Program-made: the position numbers and the translations under genes
The notes under the pieces: model-generated
What the model was told of the DNA's origin: nothing
Seen by the model: the letters and a program-made list of their open reading frames with translations, nothing else
Databases searched by the model: none
Shown: positions 60,642-64,000 of the stretch, one piece after another
How the letters are laid out: each line of letters begins with the position of its first letter
Position numbering within the stretch: position 1 is the stretch's first letter
Assembly (NCBI GenBank): GCA_964016885.1
Contig: OZ024742.1
Coordinates: 225,432,001-225,496,000, forward strand
Length of the DNA stretch: 64,000 nucleotides
Direction of reading: 5' to 3'
From: Eledone cirrhosa
Taxonomy: Eukaryota

Positions 60642-63600
60642 ATGACCTCACTCAGAATAGGCAGCATAAATGCGCGTGGCTTGGGGTCGTCATGGAAGCA
60701 GGGTCACCTGCTCAACGACCTCAGGTCACTAAACATAGATGTAGTGGCCATCAGCGAGACCAGAATCTCCGAAGCACGGGCCTTCGCACCGATCTTCGGC
60801 GGCTACGATGTGTACGCATCTCCCAGCCGTCCTGGATCGGGGGGAGGAGTTGCTGTGCTTTTTCGGAGAGGTTTGGATCTCGCCATACGGGCCATCTTCC
60901 TGGAACCAGAGGGTAAGTTGGTGGTGCTGGACGTGACCAGCGGAGACGGGCAAGCTTTCAGGCTAGTGGACGTCTATGCCCCGACAGGAGCAGGGTGGCC
61001 TGATTTCTTCCGGCGTCTGGAGACCTTTCTTGGAACGTCCCGCTCTTTAGTGTTAGTGGGCGACTGGAACGCGATCTTAGATGCACGCTGGGACTGTGTG
61101 GAATTAGCGGATAGGGGTGGAGGGTGCAAGAGCCTCACCAACCTGCTCAGGCGTTTTGAACTGTCTGACAGGTACCGCTTGGATTTCCCGAATGTGCCAA
61201 TGTGGTCATCCAGATCATATCTAGACAGAGTATTTTGTAGGGAAATAGATAGGTCTAGCATAGGCTGTCCACAATTCAAGATAGTCAGCTACACGGACCA
61301 CAAATTCGTGATCTGTGTGCTTGACTTAGATAGGCTTCATAGACGAGGACCCGGCTACTGGAAGCTAAACGCGTCCTTACCAGCGCGCAAGGCCTACAGA
61401 GATCGGATTAGCGAACTAGTTAAGCGGGCGTTGACGGGGGCCATCGTCAACAAGTGGTGGTTTGCTCTGAAAAGAGCAATTAGAATAGAGTCCATTAGGT
61501 TTAGTAAGGCTTTAACAATAGAGAAACATAGAGCAGAGGGAGAACTAGTCAGAAAATTAGACGAGGCGCTTAGCAAAGGCATTGCGACCGACGTGCTTGC
61601 GACGAAATTGGCCCTTGACCAATTCTTCAATGCAAAGCACGAAGGCTGCGTTGTCAGAGCTAGGGTGCGTGCTCTCAGACACGAGGGGACGAAAACCGTT
61701 CAATGGGCCCGAGTGGCGGAGGCACGTCGTGGCAACAAAGCCACGATCCGGTCTTTGGTGGACTACGACGGGCGCATGCTACTCGATCCCGGACAAATGT
61801 GTGGGCCGGGTCGAGGGATGGACTTTAGTGTCTACCTCGACGGACTGCCGCGGCTCTCGGCCACTGAGGCGGAGTGTTGCGAAAAGCCAATAACAGCCGC
61901 TGAAGTAAGGGAGGCAATGACTGGCTGCACAAGGGGTAAATCGCCTGGTTTGGATGGTCTGCCCTATGAACTTTACGTACAGATGCCAGACTTGTTCGGA
62001 GGCCTCTTGGCGGACGTCTACTGCAACTGGCAACAGAACGGCAGAATTCCCAGTTCTGTGAGCCGAGGAGCGGTGGCACTGCTGAGAAAGGATCCGAACA
62101 AGGGGGATAACATAGATAATTTCAGGCCCATAACTCTGCTAAACACAGACTTCAAGATTTTGGCCAAGGTGCTAGCAAAGAGGTTGGCGCTTGTCGTTGG
62201 TGGTCTGGTGGGAGAGGCGCAGACATGCACCATTCCCGACAGATCCATCCACGACAACCTCCACCTCATGCGATACATCGTAGAGAGGGTAGCTAGGGAA
62301 CCTGGCACGGGTGGGTCCTTGATCAATTTAGATCAGTTGAAAGCTTTCGATAGGGTCGACCATCGTTACCTAGCGACAGTCCTGAGGGCGGCTGGCTTTG
62401 GGCCCGTCTTCAGAGGCTGGATCGCTGCCATGCACAGCGACATCTGCTCTGTGGTGAGAGTGAACGGTCACCTTTCGGAACCATTCAACATCATGCGCTC
62501 GGTCCGCCAAGGATGTCCCCTCTCGTCCCTCTTGTACATATTGACTCTCGAGCCATTACTGCACAAACTGGAGACGTTGAGGGGCGTCCCGCGCTAACTA
62601 GGATGTGGAAGATCCGTGTCAGCATATGCGGACGATGTCACCGTAGTGGTGTCGAATGCCAAACACATCGAGGCGATCGGCACTACACTAAGAGAATACG
62701 AAGCGGTGACAGGAGCAATGATCAACCAGGAAAAGTCAGTGGGCCTGCAGCTCGGCACCTGGAGAGGCAGGTCCATGCCGTCCAACAGCGTCGTCGGATG
62801 CTGGACGGACGGACTGGTTAAATTGCTAGGGGGTCTGGTTTGGTCCAGACCTCCAGACGGACAAAAACTGGGACGAGGTGACGAGCAGGGTGGCTTCTCT
62901 CACCCAGAAATGGGCGGAGAGGAAGCTATCCCTGAAAAGTCGAGCGGAGGTGGCTAACACATACATCGCGTCCGTCATCTACTACCGCCTGACCGTCGTA
63001 CCTTGTCCTAAGCCCTGCCTGACTGTGCTGGAGCGTTTGCTCTTTCGCTTTTTGTGGAAGTGACGCGCTCCGATGGTCAGGCGGTCCATCTGCTGTCAAC
63101 ACCCGCTACATGGAGGGCTGCGACATCTCCACCTCTTCCTCGACGGTGATCAGGTGTGGTCGGCGTTTGCTAGAAAAGTATTTCCCCAGCTCGTTTCCTT
63201 GACGGAGCTGCAGTCCTGGGTCAAGCGAAGACCAAGAGGGAGCGCTTGGAGACTGGAATGTCTTCAGGCGCTCACAGCCCTCGACCAATTGGGCAATGTG
63301 ATCGGTGGAAACTCCACCTCGGCGTTCTATAGAGGATTAGTGGAGGGGAAGAGCGACGAAGTACTTGGGGAAACTCTAGGCGTCAACGAAAATCAACTAG
63401 CCAATCTCTTCGGTAGAACTTTCGGGCCGGGACCCATGGACAATTTCCAGAAATCTCTGGCCTGGCAGTGCTACCGAGGAGCCTTGCCAGTTCGGAATAA
63501 ACTCTACAGGCATGGAGGTGCTGTCAGCCGGGCATGTCCGAGATGAGCGCATGGCGACGAAACCGTCCTGCACGCACTCGTCCAGTGTCCGAAAATTGCT

Positions 63601-63956
63601 GACTTGTGGGTTTATGTCGAACACCTGCTGTTGCGTGTAGGATGGATCCGGCTATCATCTGAGTCCATCGTGAGGATTGCCCCGCCCCGCCCTCTTCCTT
63701 TAGCCGGGAAGGGCAGGCAGTTTTTATCTGTCTGGTGGCCATGGCGAAAGAGATAGTATGGTGGACACGTTTGAAAGGGCTGAAGATGAGCACTTACCTC
63801 TTCGGTGATGCCCTGATTGACTTTTTCAAATTTCATTTGAAAAGGAAAATCAGAGTAGAGAGGGAAGTGCTCTCTTCCCAGCATTTTGTTGAAAGATGGG
63901 TGAGAGAAGCAAGAATGGCCCGAGTGAATGGGCCTACTCTGAGTACGTATCTGTAA
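60642..63956 (+). pseudogene. Tx1-like ORF2 (APE endonuclease and RT), disrupted
   Basis: SINARGL, ISETR, GDWNA, YLDRV, TDHK; KSPGLDGLP, NFRPITLLNTDFKIL, KAFDRVDH, QGCPLS, YADD; stops at 62597 and later. Confidence 0.9.
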
Positions 63957-64000
63957 ATTAAAGGTGGAAAACTGGGAGAGGGCACTTGCCTTGGTGGTCA

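Larger units (their letters stand above)
58400..64000 (+). mobile_element. Near full-length Tx1/L1-clade LINE (3' UTR runs off the window)
   Basis: ORF1 with a CCHC knuckle, followed by an APE-RT-CCHC ORF2. Confidence 0.92.

Overview
AT-rich, repeat-dominated eukaryotic genomic DNA. The SINE families and kb-scale (TA)n arrays suggest a mollusc, probably an octopus (inference). Most long ORFs in the track are (TA)n translation artefacts. Only one host gene is supported: a two-coding-exon TMEM121/CECR6-like membrane protein (27353-27518 + 29227-29978, about 305 aa), with a near-identical copy of its first exon at 51329-51540. The rest is transposon-derived: CR1, RTE, R4/Dong, CRE and Tx1-type LINEs; a Neptune-type Penelope-like element (PLE) with about 930-bp inverted pLTRs; Tigger, Chapaev3, Merlin and non-autonomous Helitron DNA elements; and many tRNA-type SINEs. 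The most interesting signal is a hammerhead ribozyme (HHR) system. A 310-bp tandem array at 10211-12330 carries a type I hammerhead in each unit (7 copies: 4 on the minus strand, then 3 on the plus strand after an inversion). This makes it a candidate non-LTR retrozyme locus that could produce about 310-nt circular RNAs. A diverged about 315-nt relative with a canonical GUC hammerhead lies at 44788-45290. Further hammerheads occur at 19482, 20811 and in both Penelope pLTRs. All calls were made by eye without database searches, and boundaries of decayed elements are approximate.
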